Positions 1 to 12,696 of a stretch of 64,000 bases of DNA are shown one piece after another. A model generated the notes under the pieces. It was not told where the DNA came from and did not search any database. It saw only the letters and a list, made by a program, of their open reading frames with translations. Made by a program: the position numbers and the translations under genes. Position 1 is the first letter of the stretch. Each line of letters opens with the position of its first letter. The DNA is from Lama glama (lineage: Eukaryota), in NCBI GenBank assembly GCA_028534125.1, contig CM052818.1, positions 40,860,001 to 40,924,000 of the forward strand. The letters are read 5' to 3'.

Positions 1-70
1 TGTCTAACAGGTTCCTAGGAGATGTGACTGCTACTTGCTAGTCCTTGGACCACACTCTGTATATCACGTC
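1..70. mobile_element. MER5-family (hAT-Charlie) fragment
   Basis: taacaggttcctaggagatgtgactgct...ggaccacactct resembles the MER5 end. Confidence 0.45.
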
Positions 71-179
71 TACCAGTCATTCTGTGGCTGGCCTCTTTGC
101 TGCCCTACCTTTATTATTTGCTACCTCTACCTTATAATTTATAACACAGTATCATGGACATGCTTATAGTATTTCCTAC

Positions 180-505
180 AGTAGCAGTTTGCCAAGTGGT
201 ATCCAGGGGTCCATGAGACTCTTTCAAAGCATCTACAAGATCAAAATTGTTTTCATAAAAATATTGAAATGTTATTTGCGTTTTTCACATTCATTCACTT
301 ATGACTGTACAGTGGAGTTTGCCAGAGGTTACAAGACGTGTGATGATACCATTGCTATGACAGCTGATGGTATGTGTACTTGTATGTTGCTTGTTTTAAT
401 GTTTTTCAGTCTTATTTACAATATGGTAAAATTTAAAAACAAACGCTCTTTGAGGTCTTTTGTACTTTTTAAGACAACCACATCCTTTGGGAACTGCTGC
501 TCTAG
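180..505 (+). mobile_element. Charlie1-family non-autonomous DNA transposon
   Basis: ...tgtacagtggagtttgccagaggttacaagacgtgtgatga... and terminal ttgggaactgctg resemble the Charlie1 consensus. Confidence 0.65.
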
Positions 506-539
506 AGTTTTTTAGTCCTTATGCACAGAGACTCACATC

Positions 540-1285
540 TGGAACTTTACCAGAGCTCTTTCTGTAGCTCACGAGGACAGTTGGGCTGGGGTGGGAGTTT
601 CAGCTCCCCATGTGGACACTGCAGTGGGGTGGCCTCCACACCTCTCCGGGCAGTGGTACAAGGCCTCTTCTGACACCATCCAAGGGGAAGTGGGAGTAAG
701 TAGCATCCTGTTACCCCCTGTTGGGGGTGGGCATCTAAGTTCTCTCAGTGGTCTCCAACTGATGCCATAATCATGGCTCCCTACTTGGCCTACACAGCCT
801 TCTCTGACACTAGCCCACTTGGGATGTTGATATTCCTCTTCCTAGCATCTCCAGGGTGGAGGTCCAGGCTACCACTTGGCCTTTGCTGACACTGGGTAGA
901 AAGAGGAAGGACTGCAGTTTTTTCAGTGGTATTTGACTAGAGGAGAGTGATTCTTATCTAGTTTTCTGTCTTGTTCGGCTCCCCTTTTCCTGTTGTTTGT
1001 CTAGAGAGAGCAAACTTTTTTAGGCCTTCTTGTTTTTCCCCTGCGCTTGTTGGTGTTTCCCCAGTTGCTGGCTTCTCCAAGTCTGGGATAGTTGAAGCAA
1101 AACAAAACTCAGGGAACCACCATGGTGTCATTCCTGGGTTTGTGAAGTCCCTAGCCAATCTACTTCCTTCTCTTTCAGAGTCATCTTTATGCTTGTTTTA
1201 CAGTATGTATGATTTTCATGGTTTTTAGTTTTAATAAGCAGGAGGAATAAGGAAAAGTACATCTATTCTATCTTCTTAGAAATCT
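540..1285 (-). mobile_element. Old L1 (L1MD/L1M-type) 5'-region relic
   Basis: Internally repeated tctgacac / cagctcccca / gtctcca motifs typical of old L1 5' regions; boundaries approximate. Confidence 0.4.
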
Positions 1286-2904
1286 TTGTGTGCTTTTTTA
1301 GCTTGCACTTTGGGTAAAGAATTATAGACTGAACTCTGGCCCCACTGCTTATCTTTTATATTTGGTTGTATAAAAATATATGAGTAAGCATTAAAATATT
1401 CTCATTAAAGAAAAACTAGATTTGATAAACTCAAATAATTACTTTGGGGAGGAAAAATTTAAATTTAAATAGAGTTCACATGAAAGGAGTCATGACGATA
1501 GACGAGGATTTTACAAAATAAGGTAATATCGTGTAGTAAGTTTGAGACTTTAAATTGTCGATGTTTTGGAAAATAAAATTACATCAAAAATGTTCTAGGA
1601 AGGTACAGTGAACCAGTAAAAACCAGTATACAAGAAAGAAATTGAGATGATTTTGTAAAATTAAAATAGTCTCTGTTATCTAATAGCTTTAAGCTTTGTT
1701 CTTTCTCACTTTAAAAAATCATTTAAATGTCATTCATGCCGTGGTAGTCATTTCACAGCATTAAAAAGATGGGGAAACTACCCAGTTTACTTAGTGAAGC
1801 ATGCATTGTCATAATAAAACCTGACAAAGGTAGTTGCCCAAAACAGTTCCAACAAAATATGTATAGATTTTTTTATATTTCTTTAAAATTGGTCCTGTCA
1901 GTATAAGTTTGGAAAGCAGTGGATAAAACTTAAACACCATATGAAGTCTCTTTCTCCCTGCCCTCCTTCTCTCTTGCATTCCTTCTCTAGAGTCCCTGTT
2001 TTCCTGTTTGCATACATCTGCTTCCTACTGGCTTTGTAACACTACTCCACTAGCCTCTCAGCGCACACGGACACTTAAGACTGGCTTTCTTGCCCTGCAT
2101 GTACAGCGTCAAATGGAGCTATCATCTCTTCTAGTGAGGCCTGACTAGAGTCTTTCAGTCCAAGTTCATGAGAGAGAAAATCTCATTGAATCCACTGCTG
2201 CCCAGGTGTCTGGTACAAACAGGGCTGCTATGGTGTAATACTAGGGGCACCTAAATGGGTTGAGACTAAAATTATTTTTTCATATTCTTGTATCTTAGAA
2301 ATTTTTGATTACCTGTGCCATGGATTTTTCTTTCCAGTTATTCAACAAGCAATTATTAGGTACCTACCATTTTAGATCTTTAATTGTATTTCAAAGAGAA
2401 AAGGCAACATTTGGAGTAGTCATAGCATTCAGTTTCAATCAGAGACCATCAGCTTTGACTTGGGATGCAACATTCATATGTTCAGAAAATCTTGCATGAT
2501 TTTAAATACTGATTTTCCAGGTATAAATTTTCTAGTATATTGGTTAAAAAAAATAGACAATCAGCGTGGACTATTTCTTTGACGAACAGTTAAGGGACAC
2601 TGCTGGTACTAGGCAACACTGCTTCAAATATACTTCTTTGGGAAAATAATTAACAGAAGTTTTATGTGATTCCCTGTTACTTTATAATTTGTAAAAATTG
2701 GATGATTGCTCTGGAACAATTTCAGAAGGCATTATGCCATCTCTATTAACAAATCTAGGATCCTAGAAACCACAGTTTCACAAATAAAATCTGTCACCTT
2801 TTGAGAGCTTAGGAGTTAAAATACTTACGTAGGCCCATATCAATAAAATCTTGGCTGTGAATCACTCTGAAGTAAAATCAACTAGTGTGGCATATACAGA
2901 TGAT

Positions 2905-3095
2905 TTCTGTTTTTAACAGCACAAATTTATAATCTTATACTTCTGTAGGGTAGAAATCTGGCATGTCTGTCTAGGCTAAAATCAAGGTAGCAGTAGGGCT
3001 GTGTTCCTTTCTGAAAGTGCGAGTATCGATGTCCATGACTTTCCAGCCTTTGGTGACCACCTGCGTTCTTTGTCTCATGGCCCCCTTCCTCCATA
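2905..3095. mobile_element. MLT1 (MaLR LTR) fragment
   Basis: ctaaaatcaaggtagcagtagggctgtgttcctttctg...tcatggcccccttcctccat. Confidence 0.6.
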
Positions 3096-3257
3096 CAGAT
3101 TATATTTTTACTTTTTTTTAAAGTAAAAATGAATGGACGTAATACTAAAACTAAAGCTCCGTCTGATTTATGTTATTAAGTTTAATGTATGTGGAGCAAT
3201 TAGACTGATGCTGTACTCGATTTACTTCAGTGTCACTCTAATATTGATCTAGACCTG

Positions 3258-3395
3258 ATGGCCAAAAGAAAGGAAGAAAATTTCTTCTCTCCTGAAAATG
3301 CCAAAAGACCAAGACAAGAAGAGTTGGATGATTTCGATAAAGACGGTGATGAAGATGAATGTACAGTTTCTTTCACTAATGGTACCTCTACTTTG
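3258..3395 (+). CDS. SMC6: SMC6 coding exon 1 ([10 protein letters not shown]...NGTSTL)
   Basis: Acceptor AG 3251-3252, ATG 3258, donor TTG|gtgagt; 46 codons. Confidence 0.96.
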
Positions 3396-3589
3396 GTGAG
3401 TACAAAGCTACAAAATTATGTCTTTTCATTGGCATGTTTCTTGTATCTAATTTATATGTCATATTCTTAATAATTCAGTATTAGAAACCAGGTCTCTGGC
3501 TGCAGAGGAAAAGTAATGTGATTTTTTAAAAGCTGAGGTAAAATAACTTGACTAATTTTGAAGTTTATGTTAATTGTTGGAAAAATTAT

Positions 3590-5135
3590 TGGAGAAAACA
3601 GTGAAACAAATAGCTGATTCTTTGGGAAAATATCAACAAAATTGACAGACCTCTAGAAAGATTGGCAGAGAGGAAAAAAGAGGGAAGACACACATTACCA
3701 GTATCAGGAATGAAACAGTGGGTATGACCACAGACCCGGCAAACATCAGAGAGGTAATAGGGGAATACTGTTATCAACTCTACACACACAGATTTGACAA
3801 CTTAGATGGAGTGGACCAATTCCTGAAAGGCACAAACTACACAGTTCATTGAATATGAAATAGATCATTTGAATCACTCTGTAACTATTAAGGAAATTTA
3901 ATTCATCATTTAAATCACCCTCCTGCCAAAAGATATCTTTGGTCCCCATTAGTTTGACTGGTCAGGTTAGGTTTCTGCAAAGAATTCTTAGACTTGACAC
4001 CAAACATACAAACCATAACATGAAAAATTGATAAATTGGACCTCATCAAAATTAAAATCAAAAACTTTGTTCTGCAAAAGACCCTGTTATGAGGATAGAA
4101 AATCAAGCTATAGACTAGGAGAAAATATTTGCATATCACATAGCCAACAAAGTACTAGTATCTTGTTTATATAAAGAACTCTCAAAATGCAACTTTTGAA
4201 TTCAGTCAAAAGCAAATAATCCAATTTGAAAATGGGCAGAAGACAATAAAGAGACATATCAGTGAAGTGGAGGATATACAGATGGCAAATAGCACATGAC
4301 ATAATATTCAATATCATTTGTCATCAGAGAAATGCAAATTAAGACCGTAATACGGTGTCACTACACATCCATCAGAATGACTAAAATAAAAAACAAAAAC
4401 AAGAAACAGTAACAACACCAAGTGCTGGCAAGGATGCAGAAAAACTGGATCATTCATATATTGGTGGTGGGATTGTAAAGTGTTACAGCCACTCTGGGAA
4501 ATAGTTTGGCAGTTTCTTTTAAGAAATTTGGCATGTAACTCCCTATCATATAACCCAGCGTCTGTCCCAAAGAAAAGATTTATCTTCACACAAAAATCTA
4601 TGCCTGAATGTTCATAGCAGCTTTATTTGTAATAGTCAAGAACTGAAACAAGCCAGATGTCATTCAGTGAGTCAGTGGTTAAGCATGCTGTGGTACATCT
4701 ATACCCGGAAGCACTACTTAGCGATACAAAGCCGTGAACTACTGACACAGGCAACGTGGACAGTTATCCTGAGTGGGGAAAAAAAAGCCAGTCTCAGAAG
4801 GTTACATTCCTTATGATTCCATTTATGTAACATTCTTGAAATGACAGTGTTTTAGGAATGGAGAACAGATTAGTGAGCCGGGGTTAAGCAGGGGGTGGAT
4901 TGGGTGGGATGTGGATGTGGCTATAAAGGGGACAACCTGAGGGATACTTTTGGTGATGGAAATCTTCTCTGTCTTCACTGAATCGATATGAGTATTCTGG
5001 TTGTGATATTGTGCTCTAGTTTTCAAGATGTTACCATGGGGAGAAACTGGGTAAAGGATTCGCAGGATCTCTCTGTACTATTTCTTACAACTGCATCTGA
5101 GTCTTCAATTAAATCAAAAGGTGCTTTTAAAAAGT
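3590..5135 (+). mobile_element. L1 (L1MC-like) ORF2 relic plus 3' UTR
   Basis: aatcaacaaaattgacagacctctag, gaaatgcaaatt, caagtgctggcaaggatgcag; 3' end gatgttaccatggggagaaactgggtaaagg...tttcttacaactgcat. Confidence 0.85.
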
Positions 5136-5399
5136 TTTCAACCCTGATTTACAGTATTCTTTTCATACAAGAATATAAATGTTTTGTTCTTTTTAGTAAG
5201 TTGGTGTCTAGTGAAAGGGAGCCAGGGACTTTTTAAAATAAACTATTAAGAAAGCTGGAGACATTAAGTGTTCTTCAGAAAAATTTGGAAACTTTGGTAA
5301 AATATGGTTGGTTTATTTTCGTATTTCTAACTACAAAGTGTGACCACTGTGTGCCAAACTCTTGGTTAAAACATTTATAAAACTTCTCTAATCACTATG

Positions 5400-5630
5400 C
5401 ATTTGCAATGTGGAAATTATATCCCCTTCCCCCAGGAGATACATTTAGCAATGTTTGGATATATTTTTGGTTGTCACAACTAGGGCAGGGGAAGGGTGGG
5501 TGTGCTGCTGTCATCTGGTAGGTAGAGGCTAGGGATGCTGTTAAACATCCTGCAATGCACAAGAGAGCCTCTCTAACAAAAAATGATTTGACTCAAAATG
5601 TTAGTATTGTCCTTATTAGGAAACCTTGTG
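5400..5630. mobile_element. MER20 DNA transposon
   Basis: tttttggttgtcacaactagg...catctggtaggtagaggctagggatgctgttaaacatcctgcaatgcaca. Confidence 0.8.
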
Positions 5631-5854
5631 ATGCATGTATTCGATCCTTGAAGGACTTTAGATTGAGTGATTACTCATATAAAGTCTCCAGTTAATTTCA
5701 TTTACTCTCTGATTGAAATTAACATTTAAAGTTATATTTTCTGTAACTTTTTTCATTGATAGCACTGCTCATTTTTCTCCTGCCAGCCAGTGATTGGGTG
5801 ATTTTAGTGCATGAATTAGATTAATTGTTTTTTCTCATTGTTTTTTATTAATAG

Positions 5855-5972
5855 ACTGCAGCAGAAGTTGGAATAATTGAGAGTATTCAGCTAAGAAACT
5901 TCATGTGTCATTCAATGCTTGGACCCTTTAAATTTGGTTCTAATGTCAACTTTGTTGTTGGCAATAATGGAA
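5855..5972 (+). CDS. SMC6: SMC6 coding exon 2 ([19 protein letters not shown]...VGNNG), first half of Walker A
   Basis: atag|ACT...GGA A|gtaagt; 118 nt, ends phase 1. Confidence 0.96.
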
Positions 5973-6254
5973 GTAAGTGCTTTTGCCCTCTTCCTTACTT
6001 GACTTTGAGGAGTACATTGGGACGATAATGCATTAATGTTTAAAAATAGGCGGCCATTAGTGCTGATAAATCTAAGTTTTAGACCTCTGACTTGTGATCA
6101 TGAATTATTTCAGTATTTGCTGCCAGTCTATGCTTTAAGAAAATAATGAGGTAACTCTAGGTTTATTATGCTATAGACGTAAACATTTCTTGCTTATTCT
6201 TTTGAATCTATGTACCTTAGAATTCATACCATAGAAGAGAGGGCAAGCGATCCT

Positions 6255-6754
6255 NNNNNNNNNNNNNNNNNNNNNNNNNNNNNNNNNNNNNNNNNNNNNN
6301 NNNNNNNNNNNNNNNNNNNNNNNNNNNNNNNNNNNNNNNNNNNNNNNNNNNNNNNNNNNNNNNNNNNNNNNNNNNNNNNNNNNNNNNNNNNNNNNNNNNN
6401 NNNNNNNNNNNNNNNNNNNNNNNNNNNNNNNNNNNNNNNNNNNNNNNNNNNNNNNNNNNNNNNNNNNNNNNNNNNNNNNNNNNNNNNNNNNNNNNNNNNN
6501 NNNNNNNNNNNNNNNNNNNNNNNNNNNNNNNNNNNNNNNNNNNNNNNNNNNNNNNNNNNNNNNNNNNNNNNNNNNNNNNNNNNNNNNNNNNNNNNNNNNN
6601 NNNNNNNNNNNNNNNNNNNNNNNNNNNNNNNNNNNNNNNNNNNNNNNNNNNNNNNNNNNNNNNNNNNNNNNNNNNNNNNNNNNNNNNNNNNNNNNNNNNN
6701 NNNNNNNNNNNNNNNNNNNNNNNNNNNNNNNNNNNNNNNNNNNNNNNNNNNNNN
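6255..6754. other. Assembly gap (500 N); probably hides SMC6 coding exon 3
   Basis: N run; phase mismatch between flanking exons. Confidence 0.95.
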
Positions 6755-9700
6755 TAAGAAGCAGCTTCCTTAGATCCCAGTTCGTGTAGACATTATGGGA
6801 AATGAATTGACTTCCCAGAACTGGAGCAGAGGAGTCCTGTCTTTTCCCCGGTTGTCAGCACAGCCCGCTGTCGCCCATGCATCTCTCCTTATGGAATGCT
6901 TGTCAGTTACTGCCATGTGCCTGCCCATTGACATTCCTGTTTCTGTCACCTTTCTGGAAGAACAAGCCATAATAAGTATTTATGTACTTCTGTTTAAAGG
7001 AATATTTATAAACATTGGACTTTCCTGGCTCTTGACCCAAACCCAGCTTCAGCAAGTCCACATTGATACGATGCAGGCTAAAGCAGAGTTGGTTACCACC
7101 CAAGGTGGTAACCCTAAACAGAATTTTTGCCTCCAGCTCCCTAAGAGTTCCAAAAAAGTATTCGACGCTGTCTCTGATTGTGTATCGTTCACTCAGGCGA
7201 TTCACCAGTGAGTTTGAGGACCACAAGCATAAGCCTCTTTGTGGTCCACCTTGACCCGTGGTGAATGATCATACGACATATGACTTTATGTGTGTATTTC
7301 CTTGTTACAGCTTTGCCTTCACCTAACTATATGTTGATTGCCTGGTTTGTATCATCATAGACTTGTGGCCTTGTTCACGCTGATCCCCGTATTTTTTTCA
7401 GTTCTGCGTCAGATAACTTTGTTTCTTCTGATAACTGGGTGTCCCAGACTCTGCTCTGCCAGTTCCCAGAGTGCAGCTCCTCCCCTGCTCACTCCTCTCT
7501 CACACGCCCAGTGCCCAGAACTTCTGGAACTTGGATAATTAACAGTGTTTTCTTTTTTTTCCTTTTTTTCCATGTAACAGGCTTTCCTTCTGTTCAGTGC
7601 TGTATCCATCTAACTTCCCCTATTTTCCATTTTTTTCTAAAAAGTAGAACAGGGACAGGATAGATATGAGTCACGTTTGTAGGTTTCTTCTACATCTCAG
7701 AAACCTTCGGAATCTTAACCCTAAGCCAGGGTTCCAAGTTGGCTCAGGAGAAGCGAAGAAAAGATACACAGAAAATCATTTCCCATGCTCTGGCCTTGGA
7801 AAAGAAGTATTTGGTAACAATTCTCCAGCATATTTGCTATCTGTTCTTACCTTATTTGGGCCCTAGCCCAGCGAGGTCATCTCTTCCACAATCTCCAAAC
7901 CAAATGATGTCTGAAGTCAAAAATTAGTTATTTTTTTAAACACTTTTAAGTTAATGGTCCCAACCCTGTTTCAATTCATTATTAACTATACATTTCTTAG
8001 TTGTCCAAACAGTTACTTAGTTTACCTAGCTAGATAATGCATTGAACTTTCAAATACAAGCTTCAAGAAGTAATTGTTTTTTTTCTGTATCATTAAATAG
8101 TGTATGTCTCAATTAAAGATTTTTAATTTGTTTTCTATTTGGGAAGTACCTGGACCAGAGCAGAAACTTCTTTCTGAGCTGTATCCTTGGAATACCATTA
8201 AGAAAGGAAGAGAAAGGCTAGCTGGCACAAATCACCAACTTTGAAGGACACAGCTGCCTGTAGATAGAAATATTAAAATATTTTAAGCAGTTAATAACAG
8301 TTAGGAGATTTAACCTGAGCTCAGTCTCCTTTTTACTGACCTTGTGTGAAAAAGTAGCTAAAAACAGCTTTTCCAAACCCATTACTGTTCCTTTAGTCCT
8401 CCCTTTCCTCTCTTAAAACATTTGGTATCTATAAAATTTTGCTTGTTTTATAGTCTCTGATTCTGTCTTTTTTACACTTTTTTACAGAATCAGCTCATTG
8501 AGCTTTTTTCAGTTCTATTTTGCATCTGAAAAAATGGACTGTCCCGTTTTTCCTGGGAAATGTCTGTCAGTCTGACACCGCTTTGAGGTGGTCCTAAGGA
8601 CTCTCTCCCTTCCCCCGCCTGAAACATTACACTCTCCATCTGAGACAGTCAAGCTCTGGGCTACCTTTGTTGAGGGTTTCAACTCTCCATAGAGATGCCT
8701 GCCTAGTATGATTAGAAGCCAGAGAGCTGTGCCTTGAGGCTCTTTACCTGGGGCTCCGCCCTCTGATATCCCCGAGGGCTTTGCAGTGGTACAGGGACAG
8801 TGAGAGGGGGTTCTCTGAATATGTCTCCTCCTCTCTCAGGACCAATGTCTCATGCCCCTAACTATTGAGGTTCTTCGACAGATTCAGTTCACTGTTCCCT
8901 CTCTTGGCCTTCCTAGTTCTAGTCCTGGTGACATTGGGACCTTTGCACTGGCCTGTTTTTGACATCGGCTGTGGCACTGGGAGTGGATTATGGAGGGATG
9001 AAAACCCATTCCCCTGCTGTACATTCCTTATTTATTTAGTCGAGGTTACAGAGCTTATTGCAGATGAGCTGGCTACCCAGAGAAGGAACAGATGAGTCAT
9101 ATTTTTACCTGGCTTTTCCCTTGCTCTTTGTTCTCATGCCCATCAGTGTGTGATGCTACCAGTCACCTCTGTGCAGATATTTTCTTCCAGAGTTGAGAGA
9201 GAAGCCACATCCTCACTGTGGTGCTGCTTGTGTTGTCATTCTGCAGGAACTCTCAGTGGTAGTCTCTCTTCTCACTCAGGGGTCTCCTGTATTTACCAAC
9301 ATTGAGCTCTATGGCTCTTGACCCAAATTCAGTACCAGCGACATTACTGTAGTGGGGAGACAGCAGGTAGTCCCAGCTCAGTCATCCCTGGCTCCTTCTA
9401 CAGGTTTTTGAGCATTTATTGTGAGGTTTTTGTGTTTTTTTTTTTGTAAGCCTTAAATTTTTTTAAATAACTTACTTTTCTTATATTTATTAAACTCATA
9501 TGGCAATAGGATACCAGTACCTCCAAAGTTCTCACAATACTAAAGATAGCTTTCAAGTGCAAGGAGTAGCTAGGAAGGAAAATAACAAAGTAGGTGTTGA
9601 CTAATCAAGGGAGAGATCACTTTATTTTTAAAATGTTTTCATTAGGTACATTCCCTTAATATTAGGTAATCATAGTAGTTAGTGAAATAAAATATTTTTG

Positions 9701-10574
9701 CTCCACATTATAGGCCAGCTACCCTTCCCTTATCATATACTTTAGTTAATAGTTTTCAGCTTTGACTGTTCATTAGAATCAACCCAGGGAAAAATCTCAT
9801 TAATTACAACTTCTCAGGAGCATATCTGTCTTAATTAGATATTTCTGATTAAACACACCCACACACCTCCTCCCACCTAGCCACTCCGGGTAGCTTCAGA
9901 AGAGGAGATTTCTCATAAAGATTCAGGGATATATATCTTGGAATCTGCAGGGAGGAAGCATAATTGGATCTCAGCTGACCAGAACTGAGAGAGAACTCAA
10001 AACCCAGGATCTTTGGTCTCTGGGTCTTTCTTTTTTGTGTCTCTGGCTTTCTTTGTGTCTTTGTGTCTGGGCCTCTTCTCCCTCTCCCTTCCTTAGGTCC
10101 GGTCTGTGCTGCAGCCTCCCTGGGTAGGCTGCACTTCTGTGCCGTCTCTCCTCCCTCCCCTGTGACAGGCGTGCAGGTGTATGATGTGTTTCCCCCTCAT
10201 TGTCTCCAGTACATGTGCTCTTTTTTATTCTTTAAGTCTTTGTTACTCTGTGTCTTTGTGTTTAATAAGGCATTTATGTCTTAGTGTCTTAGTCTGTGGG
10301 GCTGCATGTGTAAGGAAGTGCTCTTGTGTTCTCCATGTCGCTGACTCACGGCCAGTACCTGTGATGGTGTGTCTGTCAGTCTGTCCAGGTGGTCTCCCAA
10401 GAGCTTATCTGTTTTACGCTCCTGCTTCTCTGCAGTGTCTGCAGGCTTGGTGCCTGCTCGTCAGAGTATCATGCCCCAAACTGGTTTCTCTAGTCCCAGA
10501 GGCCTCAGAACTTCATAGCTCCAAAGAATCACCATCTTTCCACTTGACTGTGTCTTAATTTGACTTTGTTTTAG

Positions 10575-10750
10575 AAGCTTGTGATTTTGAAATAATGTTA
10601 GACTTACAAAAGTATTGCAAAGGTAGTATAGTTTCCCTTAATGTTGACATCTTCAGTAACTAAGTTGCTTTTATCCAAAGCTGTGTGCTTAACATTGGTA
10701 CAATATTAGCTAAACTACAGACCTTATTTGGATTTTACTAGTTTCTCTGA
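10575..10750 (-). mobile_element. L1 (L1MC4/5-like) 3' end fragment
   Basis: aataatgttagacttacaaaagtattgcaaa...aacattggtacaata...actacagaccttatttggatttt. Confidence 0.6.
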
Positions 10751-11811
10751 ATTTGAGTTTTTAAAGAAGGGAATCAGGCTCAGTTAGTGTCCGCTTTCTG
10801 TATTTAGCTCAATCCCTTGAGGGAGGGATGGCGGCTGCTGATCTGGCTGCTAAGCCCTCCTTCTGTGAGGGCACTTGCTGGCATAGAAGAGAGGACGGAG
10901 CAAGAGCTGAGCATCCTTCAGGGTGTCTACTGGGATATCAGTTTATGGTGAAGTTCATCTTGAGTATTTTTCCTTACGTTTCCTGCAAATGGGAACAATT
11001 TTGAAGTATGATTACAAATTCATGAAACAAGTTTGTTAAATATATCATTTAAATACCAGTGCATTAGAGAGCTTTAGCATTTTTGCAGGTAGTCATGTTA
11101 ATAGAGAAAATATTGTCTGCATTTATGTTTAAGGAAATTATAAGTTTGTATTTATTAATGCCCTCCATTAACTTTTTAAAAAATTTTCTACTGAGTCTAA
11201 TTTTAACAGAAGTTGGAGTAGAATTATAAAGATTGATTTTTTTCCCCCTCATAATATGTTAAAATATACATGGCTATAAAATTTTAAGATTTAGTTTACA
11301 TTTCTTGATATTAAATACTTTGGCTTTTTTATTGCCAAGTAATTGAAAAATTTAAGTTGTTTCCCTTAATTCTAATCTTCTTAGAAAATGTTATTACTTC
11401 TTGTTAATTCTTACTTCATCATTCTTAAAGCATCAGGATGATGCTTAATTGTATAATTAAAAGTAGTTAGTATAATACTGATGACACATTGCTAATAGGA
11501 AAATGTGTAACTTCTCTACATGATTTAAAACAACCAAAACTTAAATGGATTTTGTGCAAATGTAGTATTTCTGTTATGGATAGAATAGTCAATTGTTTTT
11601 TATAAAGTTTCTCTTATTCTCAACTTTACTTGTTGGAGAGGCATGATGTCTTTACATTATTCTGTAGTAGCCTGTCAGCCATCAACTGCTGGTATAAAGC
11701 TACTTTTCAAATGAATTAGCCAGGTTACTTGGAAGTTTTGAAAATTGTAGTAGCCTGATGTTGTAATTGTCCTGTACCTTCATGTGACTTAGCTTAACCT
11801 TACTGCTTTAG

Positions 11812-11948
11812 CTCAGCAGATATCTCTATAACGTTAAGGAACAGAGGAGATGATGCCTACAGAGCAAATGTGTATGGTGACTCTATAATTGTGCAACAGC
11901 ACATCAGCATGGATGGAAGTCGATCTTACAAATTGAAAAGTGAAACAG
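11812..11948 (+). CDS. SMC6: SMC6 coding exon 4 ([12 protein letters not shown]...YKLKSET)
   Basis: ttag|C TCA GCA...ACA G|gtttgt; 137 nt. Confidence 0.95.
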
Positions 11949-12012
11949 GTTTGTTATGAATTTCTCATTTCATACAAATATTGGTAAATATCCAGTTAGA
12001 AAGAGTTAAGTG

Positions 12013-12048
12013 ATCGCTTCTCGGCCTTTTGGCTAAGATCAAGTGTAG
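12013..12048 (+). pseudogene. 3'-truncated U2 snRNA retropseudogene (U2 nt 1-36) with target-site duplication
   Basis: ATCGCTTCTCGGCCTTTTGGCTAAGATCAAGTGTAG is the U2 5' end; direct repeat TAGAAAGAGTTAAGTG at 11997-12012 and 12046-12061. Confidence 0.95.
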
Positions 12049-12634
12049 AAAGAGTTAAGTGATTGTGCTGGTACCATTGAAAGAACACATCTCATCTTTT
12101 GAAGCTGCTTTCTTATAAGAGGGTGGTTCGGCTGCATGTATGTATATACTTACATATAGTACACATAGTTATTTTACCACAGGCCATTCTACATCAGAAC
12201 CATGATCAGCAGAATTTGGGTCTGTTTGAAACAGCTAGGATACACTATTTTGATCTCACCTGCAGACCTCCTTTCACCCCTAGAGCTTCTATCACATGTG
12301 GAAAGAGAAGGTTAGCCAAAGGTAGAAAAGGGCATAAAGGAGGAGGGGGTGGGTATAAAGAGTTACTGAAGAGATAGATGAGGAGGGAGAGAAGGTGTTC
12401 GGCTGTGGGAAGAAGAGAAACACTGTCACTGCACCTGTGTGCTTCTTTCTCTTCTGTACTTGTGTCATGACTAGTGTGTCATCCCGGTTCATTCAGATGT
12501 GTGTATATTCAGTGGTACTTTCCTTGATGACGCTGGGAAAGTGAATTAATATTTATATATAAATAATTGCTCATTTAAAAAAAATGTATTATTGCCCTAG
12601 AAACAGTCTGGACATTTTATGTTTTCATAACTAG

Positions 12635-12696
12635 GCGCCGTGGTTTCTACTAGGAAAGAAGAATTGATTGGAATTCTTGATCATTTTAACATACAG
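12635..12696 (+). CDS. SMC6: SMC6 coding exon 5 (AVVSTRKEELIGILDHFNIQ)
   Basis: ctag|GC...CAG|gtaatt; 62 nt. Confidence 0.95.

Noticed and set aside
3361..3395. N-terminus ~6 aa longer than human SMC6 ([13 protein letters not shown])
   Set aside because: As I recall, mouse has the same longer form (1097 aa), so it is likely ancestral rather than novel
6210..6773. Long ORFs spanning N runs (also at ~23.2 kb and ~39.3 kb)
   Set aside because: Artefacts of translating gap characters
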